The notes under the pieces were generated by a model that made no database searches, was not told where the DNA came from, and saw only the letters and a program-made list of their open reading frames with translations. The position numbers and the translations under genes were made by a program. Below are positions 47,001 through 57,637 of a DNA stretch of 64,000 bases, piece by piece. The DNA comes from Schizochytrium sp. TIO01. Taxonomy: Eukaryota; Protista; Bigyra: Labyrinthulomycetes. Within the stretch, counting starts at the first letter, position 1; every line of letters starts with the position of its first letter. Location: positions 992,001-1,056,000 of the forward strand of contig SMSO01000035.1 in assembly GCA_004764695.1 (NCBI GenBank), read 5' to 3'.

Positions 47001-47542
47001 AACTTGTGCATATCGACTTTGGAGTCCTCTTTGATTTTGGAAAGGTTTTGAATACCCCTGAAAGAGTGCCCTTTCGGTTAACACGTGATATTGTAGATGG
47101 CATGGCTTCTGGATCAACAGCAGGAACATTTGTAAAAACCTGTGAGCAAACCATGACAATCCTTCGAGAAAACCATGAGCTTATTACTACAATCTGTGAT
47201 GTGCTTGTTCATGACCCAATATACAATTGGACTGTGCGGGTCAAAGATGACCGGGGAAACCGAGACGAAGGATCTGAAGAAAATGAAGTGAATGAAAATA
47301 ATGCTGGGAGAAGAAGTCTCATTGCGCATGATGGAGACAGTGACGGTGGCGGTGACAGTGACAGTGATAAGAATGAAGTAGCTGAAAACGTGCTTGCACG
47401 AATTCAAGCGAAATTACATGGTCGCGAAGATACTGGCGGAGAGTCGCTGAATGTTAGTCGACATGTGAGGTGGCTCATTCAGCAAGCCCAAAATGAAGAG
47501 AACCTCGCACATATGTTTCCTGGTTGGGCACCGTGGGTATGA
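38072..47542 (+). CDS. ATM: ATM serine/threonine kinase (PIKK family), single exon, 3156 aa
   Basis: Long HEAT-like N-terminus, FAT region, kinase motifs SGINVPK, LKGSDDLRQDAVIQQLF, IRTYKVVPL, GVGDRHLQNIL, HIDFG, PERVPFRLTRD, and an ATM-type FATC end (NLAHMFPGWAPWV). Confidence 0.96.
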   Translation: MAIAAGAGSWARLYDQLQGIKAGTLKNRATAFEEVRRLLDDEALCEQITAHNTEVEAQPSAWGEVCCTTLEGIEWMLKNTRAQNLAHVIQRPLAVLRMVVSISGGAEGLHSTRVTKRILEFCFDKMSADNHLQESGTEYLHIIRSLLSSSRAHHVNQKMLQRAWQFSKKHMNSTRANESNLAAELLWAFLKSVRFEICKELEVDIMHGMQSWLSDNDANDLPNDVERRDKFLLDIISAFIWARQRSFYPILAAHANIVPDYVLRRVAQKLVITSPLRTSALCCLHRQLVLFAQHAEAWAIEPQNPLGVGPIKTSLLDKVWTIELGIFKDSMKDLANIASLFNFQVENQSNTQNLDENFEVKPGLQVHLDFAADLLYWHEQTKDSNFGIADILQNIQEASAPARQQSIQAVPWLQLLCTYFDRHSKMGWQVTSEANLQSIIHVMHDRLNRVSAAQQETEWILKCCISLIRARDSKQSSCWYELWRIVVNKVMFKIPQGHRETGLQLVILLIHRQFIDSTSIGSATKSICKMCDIDLDSEHILQNSCSAAVEPRESVQLSENLEVEQHAVSSNDLSEPSIAKLEVLACLFRSASLHEDQDLRSRQIVLSWACHFLPTRKKPKTQDFIRALSNLFVALTSRLNILWQPTCLKWDQPHAPERSNETTYLSILAEEACQKQLYNRLVNESHRLLAMLRESENESSCDTARAVRQAAQLAYIIGQVYELTCMECKDQDEIHSIHGQLLSMILKYLGQKNLIWGGSEQRTISSALGENLLLTAIKPRTSVQSSLSSRDSDFPSCAVDEIFSMLKNIKLKHQVVFELDSPSFTGLASSSTRSQITTPDDVQTTRPVSVAAQTASKRRKLNYLRNEPDMMDVDQALFYSDRHQSNHPNQSRKDTDSDSSDEEDIDAFSGEFGESYTSQLTISSSRNNFTIKRSGSQASSARIALAMSPSVSDINLGHRIQHCDALIFARNLIRIVTSLLFSNSNYTPSIDIIKRLLLPGEVDEESEYRNVSTVNTEFSIVMIEHLCEIICEVINLAQNGELGGHLDIVVDGLHLLLTAANLFADNGEVLLCISKSIAKVAQLMKELPTRLQKENWCIEAMKVMMNAIMDLSGNQDNSAFFMKSSNSTSKFAWEIRYFLRHNKLLLMPELTRLYMCKATVNCSELWLSQSSKPGIKLATYVLYNSCMDKQGYMLRTGAAALCSPLLARLKASDPLALLHGFVNSIQSTHDSAAVETLRGLPQSLPFVDGGESDGDSGNQEENQELCCADIDDVDNEQADMSSLTMDSLANLSETERENFIRYFQDDETVWSNWNLLTKLACASHALVRSVLFRLAIFASMNIPKNSNRNHSQQKSERGVLRRSFLRELVIQISKSVACPHIFFAQSEFLLMNWVRYGPCPAGDPLQNFPCYVFDIETRKPNHFDMVAIPRAFVGLLLHSGINGGLKLQGRIQSLKSKAPTLPEVLHLYKWELYGYLGMLKKPDLWNNLKQTYDIQLNNDPLGQTQAVLAALDLVSTPQGGFGDYKGLSAEKVCSFAQDLLCLDSDQCSSNLSDIIVHLNERAQLDRGATIPALKAVIEWLISKNAFDSQPMALTASLNLVIYLLRCFEDASEEENIDLAIDCLYYLGNSASRTESGRSVMERNVLVVATTLRDFLLRCPDTRCERRRTLEDSKLQWTRDLAQFLPQVVHTLLLVPGFESQLSNHEDQPSIFACLVEAFGRGSSLLLLLRMNPIVYAPTYVAVLTMVIAQLEKLDLALQDPMLGQATLILGSLMHDVPENIRDLAAQCLGLIGCVDESVMDLFQANVDLETQRTADYDGVYEIMEYLDCALASPDVKISSSALEGLRCNADLVVETLSSGSNSSSSKLAIYDDCIGNIKHLGRNYRNRRRKDKVQLDSEFATVLVRRSISCLFANFRAEQKGLISSLRFNVCSSLWQAFDTPFNDWICRLGYAMCSNIWGSEKEPLQYCRELAAVDPRFSRLLLPRVIHKLVTSGSNDTLKGLANIFNEMLDPENQVPGDKVRVVLEALAFTRRRFVKSKPKQALRDRLSELIDPLHIGRAALGCDMPATALMYLQSFIERPGQESSQLIFDAYRQLGSVEDMKCAGLSNAYPILHYEKRNWLTALVGVDGSLARSALRDASHSEQDSTRALPFTGSVHSSLQPSDHGILSGALRNLGLHQLLDMVNPSPAEAEWRMSSTSQTMDDAWDWNSLDVVYSGALRALRSGSQAKLKQILALGLAEATRRMESKLSTGECSNQIYSNLGDLQRLSELSRAFAGSRNQVSKLETLVSAWDQHLVAQRQLVYELGEPLLSLRTSMLKAVKGSLGDHLVAAAKFARNQGKPEVARNLLLQHGKEMNDKEANDAVSFETACVLWACGEQQEAISLVKQLISRECQRSPISNPTLVSQMMHQVGRWLLKVSHESPPDIMIWFQDSIEIATQSGIAQSELAQSQATYTSYLDHLYRTLYGRMTSPEYKRTERSLKKLEERLCKARENLNTTRKKSEQSDLKRVIRDLEKVVQPSRTERDQEMELLGHYLEQTAEQLGRAICASPETPLKFVFRLVGLWFNHLDNEIVATAATAIPTKKLLPLAYQIASRVGMNNGLDNFLASFACDELFDVYPHIHALANGDQIPEGQRLRNYAIQNTSKVDSAKQVTRKIRKLAVKLQVVEALDSILSALTYLACHDVGPRPSRSKVFRTSDCRNFKTMMTQYRDINIHIPLLSPNDKVLNVLPEFQITASGINVPKILTLQMSSGKKRRILLKGSDDLRQDAVIQQLFTLMQYLLSDARLTIRTYKVVPLTPVAGLIEWVENTIPIGEYLCSFNNSGAAHDRYLEKGDWPHPKCSNLMRQAHETAKSTKKTTIMKRHKSMNVGGPSARRRSSRGMIGESETSMDGTDTSTPSSTGDVILDEYRKVCRHFKPVMRFFFLETFASSAEWYLRRKVYTQSVAVNSMVGHIFGVGDRHLQNILIDKTTAELVHIDFGVLFDFGKVLNTPERVPFRLTRDIVDGMASGSTAGTFVKTCEQTMTILRENHELITTICDVLVHDPIYNWTVRVKDDRGNRDEGSEENEVNENNAGRRSLIAHDGDSDGGGDSDSDKNEVAENVLARIQAKLHGREDTGGESLNVSRHVRWLIQQAQNEENLAHMFPGWAPWV

Positions 47543-47691
47543 GCATAATTCACTCAATTGTTTATTTATGTTGGAGAAGAATATAAAACCATGATAAATA
47601 TGAATAAATAAAGTGTATATAACTCAGATGGGTTGGGTTAATTTAAAGCCAAAAACAAATTACCTTGACAGTCCCTGCTAGTGCGATCACG

Positions 47692-47940
47692 ATGGATTGG
47701 GATGACATTTTTTTCGAGGACGGGAAGGCTAAGCCCGTGATGCTCCTCAAAGGCGACTTTGGGGAGCACAGGGAAGAGGTCGAATCTCTCCAGAGAGAGA
47801 TGGGGACCCTTGACGCCCAGATTAGTGCTTTGCAACGTGAATTAGAGTCGCCGAGTCAACGCTCTAACGAAACATTTCTCCATACTTTAAAAGATCAGGA
47901 GATATCTCAAGAACACAGGGTTATTCTAATTAGTCTCTGA
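47692..47940 (+). CDS. Possible small coiled-coil protein (82 aa)
   Basis: ATG at 47692; heptad-like EHREEVESLQREMGTLDAQISALQRELE; more GC-rich than flanks. No family recognised. Confidence 0.3.
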   Translation: MDWDDIFFEDGKAKPVMLLKGDFGEHREEVESLQREMGTLDAQISALQRELESPSQRSNETFLHTLKDQEISQEHRVILISL

Positions 47941-47965
47941 TCATCCATTTTATTTCGTAGAGATC

Positions 47966-48787
47966 TTATACAGCCTTCGTTGTCTGAAGTTCAATAAGTT
48001 CCTCATATGACGAAATTGGTGACACTTGTGGATGACTTTGGATCCAATCACGTTTTTCATCTTCAGATGCATCCTGACCTAGCGCAAGCAACAAAGTTGC
48101 ATCCTTTGGGTTTTGGCGATATATCTCAGACAGTCTGTAATTAGGAATCATTTCCAAAATTCTTTCGATTACTGCCATCTGAGAGGATAAGTTGACAGTC
48201 GAAAAGTCAGGCACATGAACAAAGAGAACATTTGCACCGTGGCGTGAAAGGCTTGAATAATAAACATAGTTGCATACAAACCGACCAGGGTCATCAGTCA
48301 CATTGATGTTCACCGTGCCGTCAAGAGCCTTTCGAAGTTCGCTACACAGAGAGGCTAAATCAAAACCACAGGAAAGAAAAGGTTGGCCACCAGGTATAAT
48401 TTCTTCCTTATTCGGCTTCTCTCCTCGCTCATCAGGTACGCGAAAGGTTGCCTCATTATATGATTTGTGTTCGAGGCGGAACCCCGGGGACCCACCATAG
48501 ACGCCCATATGGATCCAAATTACGTCTGAGGGATCAATACCTTGAGCTTGAAGCTCGGAATCGATTGCATCTAGGCCTTGACGCACACCTACCATTGATG
48601 TTTCGAGAATTTTTGTGAGTAAATTCGGATATTTCTTACGAAGATCTATCACCAACTTTGTAGTAGGGTTCTCTGGCACCCCGGCGAACTTGCCAAAGCC
48701 TGTTACTACAAACACCGGCCTTGAGGAGTTAAATTCCTGACTTTCTCGAGCAGTCTCATCACGACTTCCACGAAAACTTGCTGCCAT
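47966..48787 (-). CDS. Pyroglutamyl-peptidase I (pyrrolidone-carboxylate peptidase, C15), 273 aa from ATG
   Basis: VTGFGKFAGVPENPT, IHMGV, RLE (catalytic Glu), PDERG, DDPGRFVCNYVYY (catalytic Cys), LFVHVP (catalytic His); ATG at 48787 (MAASF). Confidence 0.93.
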   Translation of the reverse strand: MAASFRGSRDETARESQEFNSSRPVFVVTGFGKFAGVPENPTTKLVIDLRKKYPNLLTKILETSMVGVRQGLDAIDSELQAQGIDPSDVIWIHMGVYGGSPGFRLEHKSYNEATFRVPDERGEKPNKEEIIPGGQPFLSCGFDLASLCSELRKALDGTVNINVTDDPGRFVCNYVYYSSLSRHGANVLFVHVPDFSTVNLSSQMAVIERILEMIPNYRLSEIYRQNPKDATLLLALGQDASEDEKRDWIQSHPQVSPISSYEELIELQTTKAV

Positions 48788-51700
48788 GGTTGGTGTGTTA
48801 GTTGATCCCCCTGTTTTCTGAGTAGGCGCTAATCTTATGAGAAGTTCGAGTAAGCTTCGCCAGTTAAAGCTTGTGAGCTTGACTCCCTTCGACAAGTTGT
48901 CGGAAAGCACCTATACGAGATTCAACTTAGATTGCCAAATATGTCATGATTTTGTGAACCTCAAGAGTTGTACTACTACTTAGGTACTAGGTAGGTAGGT
49001 AGGTACAAACTTTTAACTTTTTCCTAGTATTATAAATCAAAGGAGTGTAGAGTGAAGAGTGGATGCCCTGTATAGAAAGCCGCTTCCATAGTAGATGCCT
49101 CTGGGCATCGTGATATACCTTCAGAAGGTGAAAACCTCGTAATGGCTGTCCTTTACTGCCAAGCTAGGGCAGTGTATAGAAAAGAACATGTTAGCATATA
49201 CACTCTAGCACCATGGCATCATATTTATGAGTATTCAGGGGCTTTTAGAATAGAGTTGAGAAAGTTCTTGGTCAAGTGCATCTTCTCATTTTGTAAAAAA
49301 TGGTAACATTGATTGATAATACTGCAGATAGTGTACAAGGTCATGAATGGTTCAAGTTCGAGATTTTTTGTACATAATGAGGATCCACAATAATAAATCA
49401 TGGCTGCGGTAACGAAGAGATACATAGATCGTTGCCAAGGATATGGCTTTGCATTAGAGTCAAGGAGGATGCCAATGGAATTAAATACTCTGGTATTGAG
49501 AAAAAACCCGGAAAAAAAAAATAAGATCAAGAGGGTCATGATTTGCCCTTGGTCCTTGCAGTACCAATAATCATGATAGTATCAGAATGAATTGCGCTAA
49601 AAAGGCCATCTTCGCAATTTTCGCTTTGTCAAGACGGTTATCTCATCAGCCACGAGCCTGCGAGAGACACACAATTCAACGCATGTAATTCTCAAACGAA
49701 TCGCAACTAGATAGTTTAGAAGTAAACACATCTGAAGATATAAAGGTGCTAGCTCTCTGCAAACCAAATATGCGGAAAAAAATGCTCTTCATTCAATAAT
49801 CCAATAATCTAGAAAAAAAAATGAAAAGAAATGTAGTTCGTTTAACGGATTCAAAACTTAACATAGAAAAAAAACTCGGAGCTTGGACTGCTGCTGACTT
49901 TGCTTCACCTGGAGCTCTAGTTAAAAGTGCCAAGCTGAGTAATAGAGCTGAGTAACACGTTTTAATCTGAAAAATAAAAGTAAATTTTAAAAGACTACAC
50001 TATCCTAATTTATTTCCAATATTTTTTTTGTCAGCATGCTATATAAAGAATGCACCAAATGCACAAACATTCCTTCCCTCCCAGCAGCTTGTGGTTTATC
50101 ACCTGATAAAGGATAAAGTACTCTTAGGAAGCTTGCGCTCTCCACCCGCAATCATAAGCTTCAAAAGCCTTGATCTATAATTTAAAATCCTAGGTGTTAC
50201 AAGCCTTCTCTAATCCAGGGTAATTTCCTACAGCGCTTCATGGAAAATGAATAAAAAACTTTAAATATCAAAGTACACATATTCACTTCATAATTCACCA
50301 AACCCCTGCTCGCTAGTTCTCCCAGGCCTCAGCGCCAAGACTATCTAATTTTCACAATTTTCCTTGTCGAAAAATCACAAATAGTATTCAGCACGAGCCA
50401 GTGCCATCATTCTGTTTCTAGAATTCATGCGTTCGCTACAGGAAGTTTTCTCCAGAGGTCAATGCTCGCGCTTTCTTATTGAGACTCGGAGGGCGACTCT
50501 ATCGCTTTACTTTCCACTTGGCCGTAACGCATACTTTTGTTCTTTTGCATCGCTGCACATTTCCAAGTTAAACACCTTAATCTAACAGAGTGTGCCTCAC
50601 TAGCACTTTTACTAAACTTTTTTACAACCGCTCTTATCGGCTGATTGGCCTACCTTAATACTGGCCAGGACTCTCTCGAAGTGTCCTAATGAATAATAAG
50701 GTAAAAACCAATTATAGTCAACTAAATTGTGGAACCAACCGGGTTGGTCACTTATAAGAACGAAAGACACGAGCCTTCAATTTGTGTGAAGTGCCGCTTC
50801 GCAGCTACAACTTTCGAGCGGCATTACCGCTGCTGTATTCAATTTGCTGCTGTAAACAGCTTTTAAATATTGAGTAGGTAGCTTGTTCAGTTGTACAAAC
50901 CGAATTCTCTAAAAGCTCGGGTCCTGGGAAAGCAGCATGCTCAGACTTCGAGATGATCCACGAATGAATGACGAAGAAGGCCGAAGGTTCCTCCCATCAG
51001 AGCCGAGAAAAGCATTGAACTTTATGACGGTATTTGCTATTTGCAGGTAATAGGAATTGAGGTGGGTACCACCATCAAAACGACTGCAGCGCACCCAACT
51101 TTGTTTTTAGAGTTCTTTCTGCAAGTTGAACCCGAATCTGAACCACTCTTTGCTACTGCTGGCCCGCCTTCTACCCAGGTAGAAGAGAAAGGGAACTTGA
51201 AGGCACTACCAACAACAGCTTGTTGAACCACAACACAGGAGGATTGACTTTTCAATAGTGCAAGATTGAGGTTGCATAAAACTTCTTACGAAAAGTGGTA
51301 TTACTTCTGACTTTGTATTCTCTCCATCGTCCTGGCCGCTTTCCGTTCACGCGCAAGTTACTCACTCTTGTAACCTGAATTTGTTCTGCAGTGCTTTCTG
51401 TCTATTTCTACTGCGTATGTATGTGCTGGTTGCGCTACTTAAAGCTGCAGTGATCGGTGGGCTGTCGCTCTTGGACCATGTGCGCAGATGGAGTCTGACC
51501 GCCTGCCCTCTACCAAAATCTATGAGCCGACCACGTTATAAAATTGTCATCGCGTGTCGCGAAGAGCTTCCACGTAGGAGAAACTTTGCATGATTCCTGC
51601 TCCAGGCTGCAAGCAGGTAAACCGGAATTTGATTTCCCCTGCGGGATTGTGTAGGTACCTAGGTTCTGACTGCTCTTCTCGCCTCTGTTGTTTTATTTTT

Positions 51701-53988
51701 AGATTCCAGAGAATGCTTGTTGTAAACAACGTTTCTCTCTCGTTTCTTCTATTTCTGAAGATGGCTCGGAGTTTACAACGGGGCTCCACATTGGATTCAA
51801 CGCACGTGTCAGCGGCGATTGAAAGAACCAGGCTTTCTTTTCTCGCACTCAGCCTGAGGAGCGCAAACTATTCTTCGTGAGCTTCTGTGCCTTAGGCATA
51901 CCCTAGGGTTACTGCGGCGTGGCCTTGCTTGCTAGAATGCTGTAATTTGCTCCCTCCGTGTGAGCCAACAGAAGGGAAGGTTGCTCTCTTAAAAACCTTG
52001 GGATCAAATTCCATCATTTCTTTTCTTATTGATAGATTTTATTTATTATTCTCATTATTCAAGCTATTAATTTTAAAAAAAGAAAAAGAAAAAAAGTTTT
52101 CTTATTGCGTTTATTTCGGAGTCCCTGCTTCTGGGTTGAAGAATTGATACCTGCCTACATACTAAGAAGAAGTAATAGATAAGTTCATCCTATCATCTAA
52201 ACATTGCTTTATTCTGTAATTTGTTATCTTCAAAATTTTTTAGGAAAATATAATTTTAATGGTTTGCACTGCATTGCTGCTTCAGTTTTTTCTTATTTTT
52301 GAGTTTATCAACATTTTCGAGAGCAGAACTAGTCAAGATGAGGATTAGTGCGCTAACAATCGTGCGCTGATTACCTGCCGCGACAGGTGTCTGCACGTTG
52401 ATGACAGATAATGATAAGTTAAGAAGGAAACAGAAAGCAGAGAAAAATAATGTATGTACTCGGGCCGCCATTTGGACTACGGTCAAGATGATACATCGTT
52501 TCAACCTTTTTAATATGACAGCTCGCTGTTTTTGGAAATGGACATCAGCATAGGTAGCAGCTCAAGTTGTGGGCGGGCGGGCATAGCATAGGATAAGCGG
52601 CAGTTGTTCTTGGTTGGAGTTACTAGTAACGCTATTTATTGCCTTTTGCCTCTTGAAGGACCAATGCCGGTAATAAAGAATTCCGTTCGCGCACTGTACC
52701 TCACTTTTATGCCACTGAAGAGGCTTCACGCCATTTCGTTGCAACTTCCAGTTGCCTCGAAGGTCTACTCCTGCCTCCGTCGAGCTCCTCTTGAACTTGG
52801 GTTGAATTTGTTCTTGAAAAATTACAAATCTGAGCTAGGAGGATACTTCGTCTGTCTTGAAGTTCGTCGTCAATGTGTGTGTACTAGTCAAATTTGTAAA
52901 TCGATTTAGGCTTATCACTAGATTAGCTATTCAGAGTGTAACCAATATTACGGACATTCCGCGCCAAACTCCCAAGGGATCAAAGCGGGTTTAGCGTATT
53001 TTTGCCTCTTAGCATGTTCTTGTAGTCGTCAACTCGCGCATGCACGACCTTCTAGCAGATCCAAAGCCATTGCTGGCATCAGTTTTCCCATTTATCTCCA
53101 AGTCCGTCGTTGTTGCAACAGCGCTAAACACTAAAAATAAAATAAAAAACCTCTATGTGAATTAAAAGAAAAGAAAAAGACGTCTATATAGAGGTAATAG
53201 TAATTCGAGACCTGAAAGACACTCGTCCTTGGCTCAGCGAGCGAATATCTGTTCACCGACGCTCAAATCTTTCTTTAAACTTGCATAAGTTAATCTTTTC
53301 CTGCGCGAGGACTCATGCTTGGCAATTGAAGGTTGAGGACAGGGTGCTCGAGAAGAAGAAGCACCACTCACAAGGCACACGATCTCGTGAATTGAATTCT
53401 TGACATAAGAGTCGAGACAGACAGCCACACCACGCGAATTTCGACCTTTTAGCAGTAGCATTACCAGAAAGCACACGCGCACACCCTCACCAAAGTCACT
53501 GCAGTATTGATAGGTAGTAGTTAGGTACCTACGCAGAAGAAACACAGTCCTAATCTTCATCATCATCATCATCCACGCGCCTCTTTCGATTCTTGATTAT
53601 TCCAAGCTGTCTTGAAATCACAATTGTAATTTTTATTTTTATTTTTGCTTTTTATTAACAGTAAAGAGAGGGTAATAATAAAATTGCCTCGCTGTTGCGG
53701 TATATGTTCCTACAGTATTCACTAGAAGGCCAAAACCAAAGTTCGCAGAAAAACAAACACAAAAAAACAGTGTTACACACCTTAATTAACCTAAACTTTA
53801 GTAGTGGAAACAATGAAGAGAACATAGGCGAAAGAAAGAGAGAAACAGAAAACAGTTTTATAATAATCAGAAGACAAAAAACAGATAAGAAGAAGACCTC
53901 GTCGGCAAGCAAACGCGAACTATATAATCTACGTCGGCGCGTGGTGGCGCGAGAAAAGGCGTGGAGTGTCTCGCCCGCGGGCTCCGGG

Positions 53989-56900
53989 ATGGATTCGGTG
54001 GGCCCGCACCCCAGCAGCGGCGAGCTGGAGGTGCTGAAAGCCGAGCTCCGCGCTCTGACCGTGGTGGACGACGATGCCGTGGACCTTCGCCCAAGCCAAA
54101 TTGAAGCCTGCGCACGCGCCGCAAATCTCGTGACCACTGCGGATCTGCAGCGGAACCGCATTGTATTTGCAGAGGGCGACCGAGGAGACGCGGCTTACTT
54201 CCTCACGGCTGGCGAAGTTATTTTGAGCCGTCGTGGGAAATCAAGCTTAGCTCGAAGTTCTTCGCTCTTACCAAGACCGGCTCATCGGGAGCGGCGCAAT
54301 GAGGACTCAAATGCAAATGACGAGGACGAGGATGCAGGACGTGAACATTCTGATGGTGCTGAGAGAAAATCAAATTCAGAAGGAGCCGGGATGTGCGATG
54401 GAGCAAGGCGATCTAATCATATTTGTATGGACAATAATTTGAAACATCAAGATGCTGGATCTCGAGGTAATCAGAATTTCAGGATTTATCAACAAACTAA
54501 CTCAAGAACGCAACCAGGCATCTTCTTGGATGAAATGCAGGATGATTATCTGAGTAATAATAGGAACATAACTACGCCTAATATAGAAACCCTGACTTTC
54601 AAACACAAGGGCCAGTTTGGAACCCACGCCCTGGTGTGTTCATGTCCGAGATCTTGGACTTTGGAAATTGCAAGCCCAGAAACACGGCTTTGGAAACTTT
54701 CCCGAGAAGCATTTGAAACAGCTCGATCTGTGCCATACACCTGTAGCGAACTTATGGCTAGTCACCCGGTCATGGGTCTGCTTACCGGAGAAGAGCGCAC
54801 AGCACTTGAAGCTGCTTCGCAATGTATACACGCGTCCCGTGGGCAAGTTCTATGTCGTCACGGCGAAACGGCGCATAACCTTTTCCTGGTTCGAGAAGGC
54901 GAAGTATGGGGTGTTCTTCGGGATGGTGGCGTTTCTAGCCTCATGCAGCTCAAGCAGCACGGCGAGGTGCTCTGGAGCCGCTCCCAGGGCGAATATTTTG
55001 GCGAAGACGCATTTTGCGTACGCGGTCAGAAGTATTGCTCCTCTGACGTTGTAGTTGCTAAAGACAACACTGTTGTCTATGCTATTCCCTACGAGCGCCT
55101 CTCGCCCTTGGAAGGCTTGCGTGAAAGCGTTAGACATCATTTCTTTGTACAAGTGCTTTTAACACTGCACCCTTTTGCTACCTTGCCCATTGATATTATA
55201 GAAAACACTATTGCTCCAGCTGGCTACACAGTGGCCTTTGATTCCGAGCGTTGTTTCCCAGTCGATGACTTTTCGCAACACCTCGAGGATGCCCCTATTG
55301 CGTCCCGTTTTGTTGTGCTGCAGGGTTCAATCACATTCACAGCGGAGGAAGGCGAAGTTAACAAAGAGCTAGGCAACCTTAGTGTAGGCCAGGCATACCC
55401 TTTGCGGCGCCTCCAGTCCATGAGTGAAATTCAAGTGACTATTGCTTCTCAAACCTGTCTCCTGATCGTTCCTGACCTACCTTCGCGATTTCAGGAAACG
55501 TCATCTCCAGGAAGTGGCGACGAAATTTACCCCTTGACATCGCTCATGAACTCCCCTTCGTCAAGTCTATATAAGCTTCGCAAAAGGCCACGCTATGTCC
55601 GCCAGACACCTACCACGAGCGACAAATACCGCGATATTGCCATTCCAGACGCGCCAATGAACATATCTCCTATTGAGAACCGACGAACATCTAGTATTGA
55701 CACTATGGCAACTTGTATCGATATCATTACAGATGATGAGCATGACCAAACTGATATGTACGAACACATGGACGATGATGCTGAACATTCCAATATGACT
55801 GGCATGACCATTGACACAAGTAAGATTGAAGATTATACGCAAAATAGAGCTAAGGAAGAGGAAAATCCAGAACTAGGTTCCAAACGCCGTCGACCACGGC
55901 TGCAAAGTCTTCCGATTCCGAATCTTGAATCAGAGGGCTCAGGATCCTTTTCGCCAAGTCTCACTGGAATTCACGAGGCGTTTGGTGCGTGGCGCGGCCC
56001 TATGGACGGATCTCCAAATTCTGCCTCCAGTCCTCGTCGGGAATCAGGGTCTGGGCTGCATCAAAACAGTCATCAACACAGTGTGGCAATGTTACGCTCT
56101 GCGATGGCCCGGCGTAACTCCGCTGCCGCTTCTCTTGGTCGCCCTGCCTCTGTTCCTGTCGTCCCGTTTGTATCGCCATCTATGTCACTCTCTCTCCATG
56201 ACGAGGAGGTGCAAAGTATTACTCCTAACAACAATGTGAGCATTCCTAGAGGTTTTTCGAAAGCTACTGCACCGTTGCCTTTCCCTCACTTAGGCAGTCC
56301 CACCGTAGTGACACCTCCAAATGGCAAATTCTGCAAAACTCCAAAGTCACAGAAACAGCTTGCCTTCCTTAGCACTCTTACACCTGTACAAACTGGAATG
56401 AGTACTGTGCAATTTCACGCCTCTCCACACAGAAATGGGACACCAACCTCGCGAGATCAATGCCAAGGACATCGCACATCAATGAGTGAATTTGTTCATA
56501 CCGCTAAGCCACGCACTCCAGGCCAGGCGCACAGCGAATCGTCCATGAAAATGAGCTCGCCCAAGAAGCGTGCAACAGGCCTTGTACTATCTCTTGACAG
56601 TCTCGAGCGCCTGCAGAGCTTAGGTGCTGGGGCATTTGGCTCTGTAAGCCTGGTGCGTGATCGCGAAACCAATCATGTTTTTGCTCTGAAACAGCTCTCC
56701 AAACGTAAAATAATCGCCCGCCGCCAAGAACAGAGGGTTCGTGCGGAGCGTGCAATCATGTCCAAATGTGGAGGTCAATGTCCATTCATTGCTCGATTTG
56801 TTCGAAGTTTTCAAGACGAAAGAAGTGTCTACCTCCTCCTTGAGTGTGGTCTTGGGGGAGATCTTTTTGATTTAATTGAGCGGCGCCCTGCTCAAAACCT

Positions 56901-57637
56901 CACAGTAGAGGAAATGAAGTTTTTTTCGGGCCAGATTGCTCTTGCGATTGAGTTTCCTTCACAGCAATCGCGTCATTTTCCGTGATATCAAACCTGAGAA
57001 CTGCATTCTTTGTGTAGATGGTTATTTACGTCTGACTGATTTTGGGATGGCCAAAGAGCTTCCGTCTACGCAGACCCGGACATATACCCTTTGTGGAACA
57101 CCAACTTTCATTGCGCCCGAGGTCTTGACGCTTGACGGTTATTCCACATCAATTGATTGGTGGGCACTGGGCATCTTCTACTTCGAATTGATGACTGGTT
57201 CATTCCCATTCCCAGCCGAAATGGTCTCCTCCCTGCGTGCTCGCCAGGCTGACTACATCTCATCCTACCCAACGCATGGTGTATTTGATAAACTTGATGC
57301 GATGTGCGAGGGCGACGCGTCTTTTGTTGACCTCGTTCGCGCTCTGCTGCATCCCGAGCCTGATCAACGCCTTGGAAGAAAGTCCCTCGGCTCTTTTGAA
57401 TCCTCCGTCACTTCCCATCCCTATTTTGCTGATGTTGACCTTGAAGCCCTTCGTGGCCATCGCATTGCCCCACCTGATTCCATTCTGCGTGCTGTGGGCC
57501 GTTCTCGTGTCCTTGAGACACTTCACCATGCATCAACGCCGCATGTGTACAAACCGCAAGCTAGCATGTCGATTCGCAAACCTCGTACTGCACCTGCCTC
57601 TGCGTTGCACATGGATACCTGGGAAACTTACTTTTGA
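53989..57637 (+). CDS. PKG-like AGC kinase with degenerate cyclic-nucleotide-binding domains, interrupted by a +1 frameshift at ~56953-56957
   Basis: Frame 1: CNB motifs (VFAEGDRGDAAYFLTAGEV, LCRHGETAHNLFLVREGEV, GEYFGE) and kinase N-lobe (LGAGAFGSV, FALKQL, GGDLF). Frame 2 continues seamlessly: FLHSNRVIFRDIKPEN, DFG, TYTLCGTPTFIAPE, DWWALG. ATG at 53989. Confidence 0.9.

Noticed and set aside
49225-49539. 104-aa hydrophobic ORF, possible membrane-protein remnant
   Set aside because: AT-rich sequence naturally yields F/I/L/Y-rich ORFs; no reliable family match.
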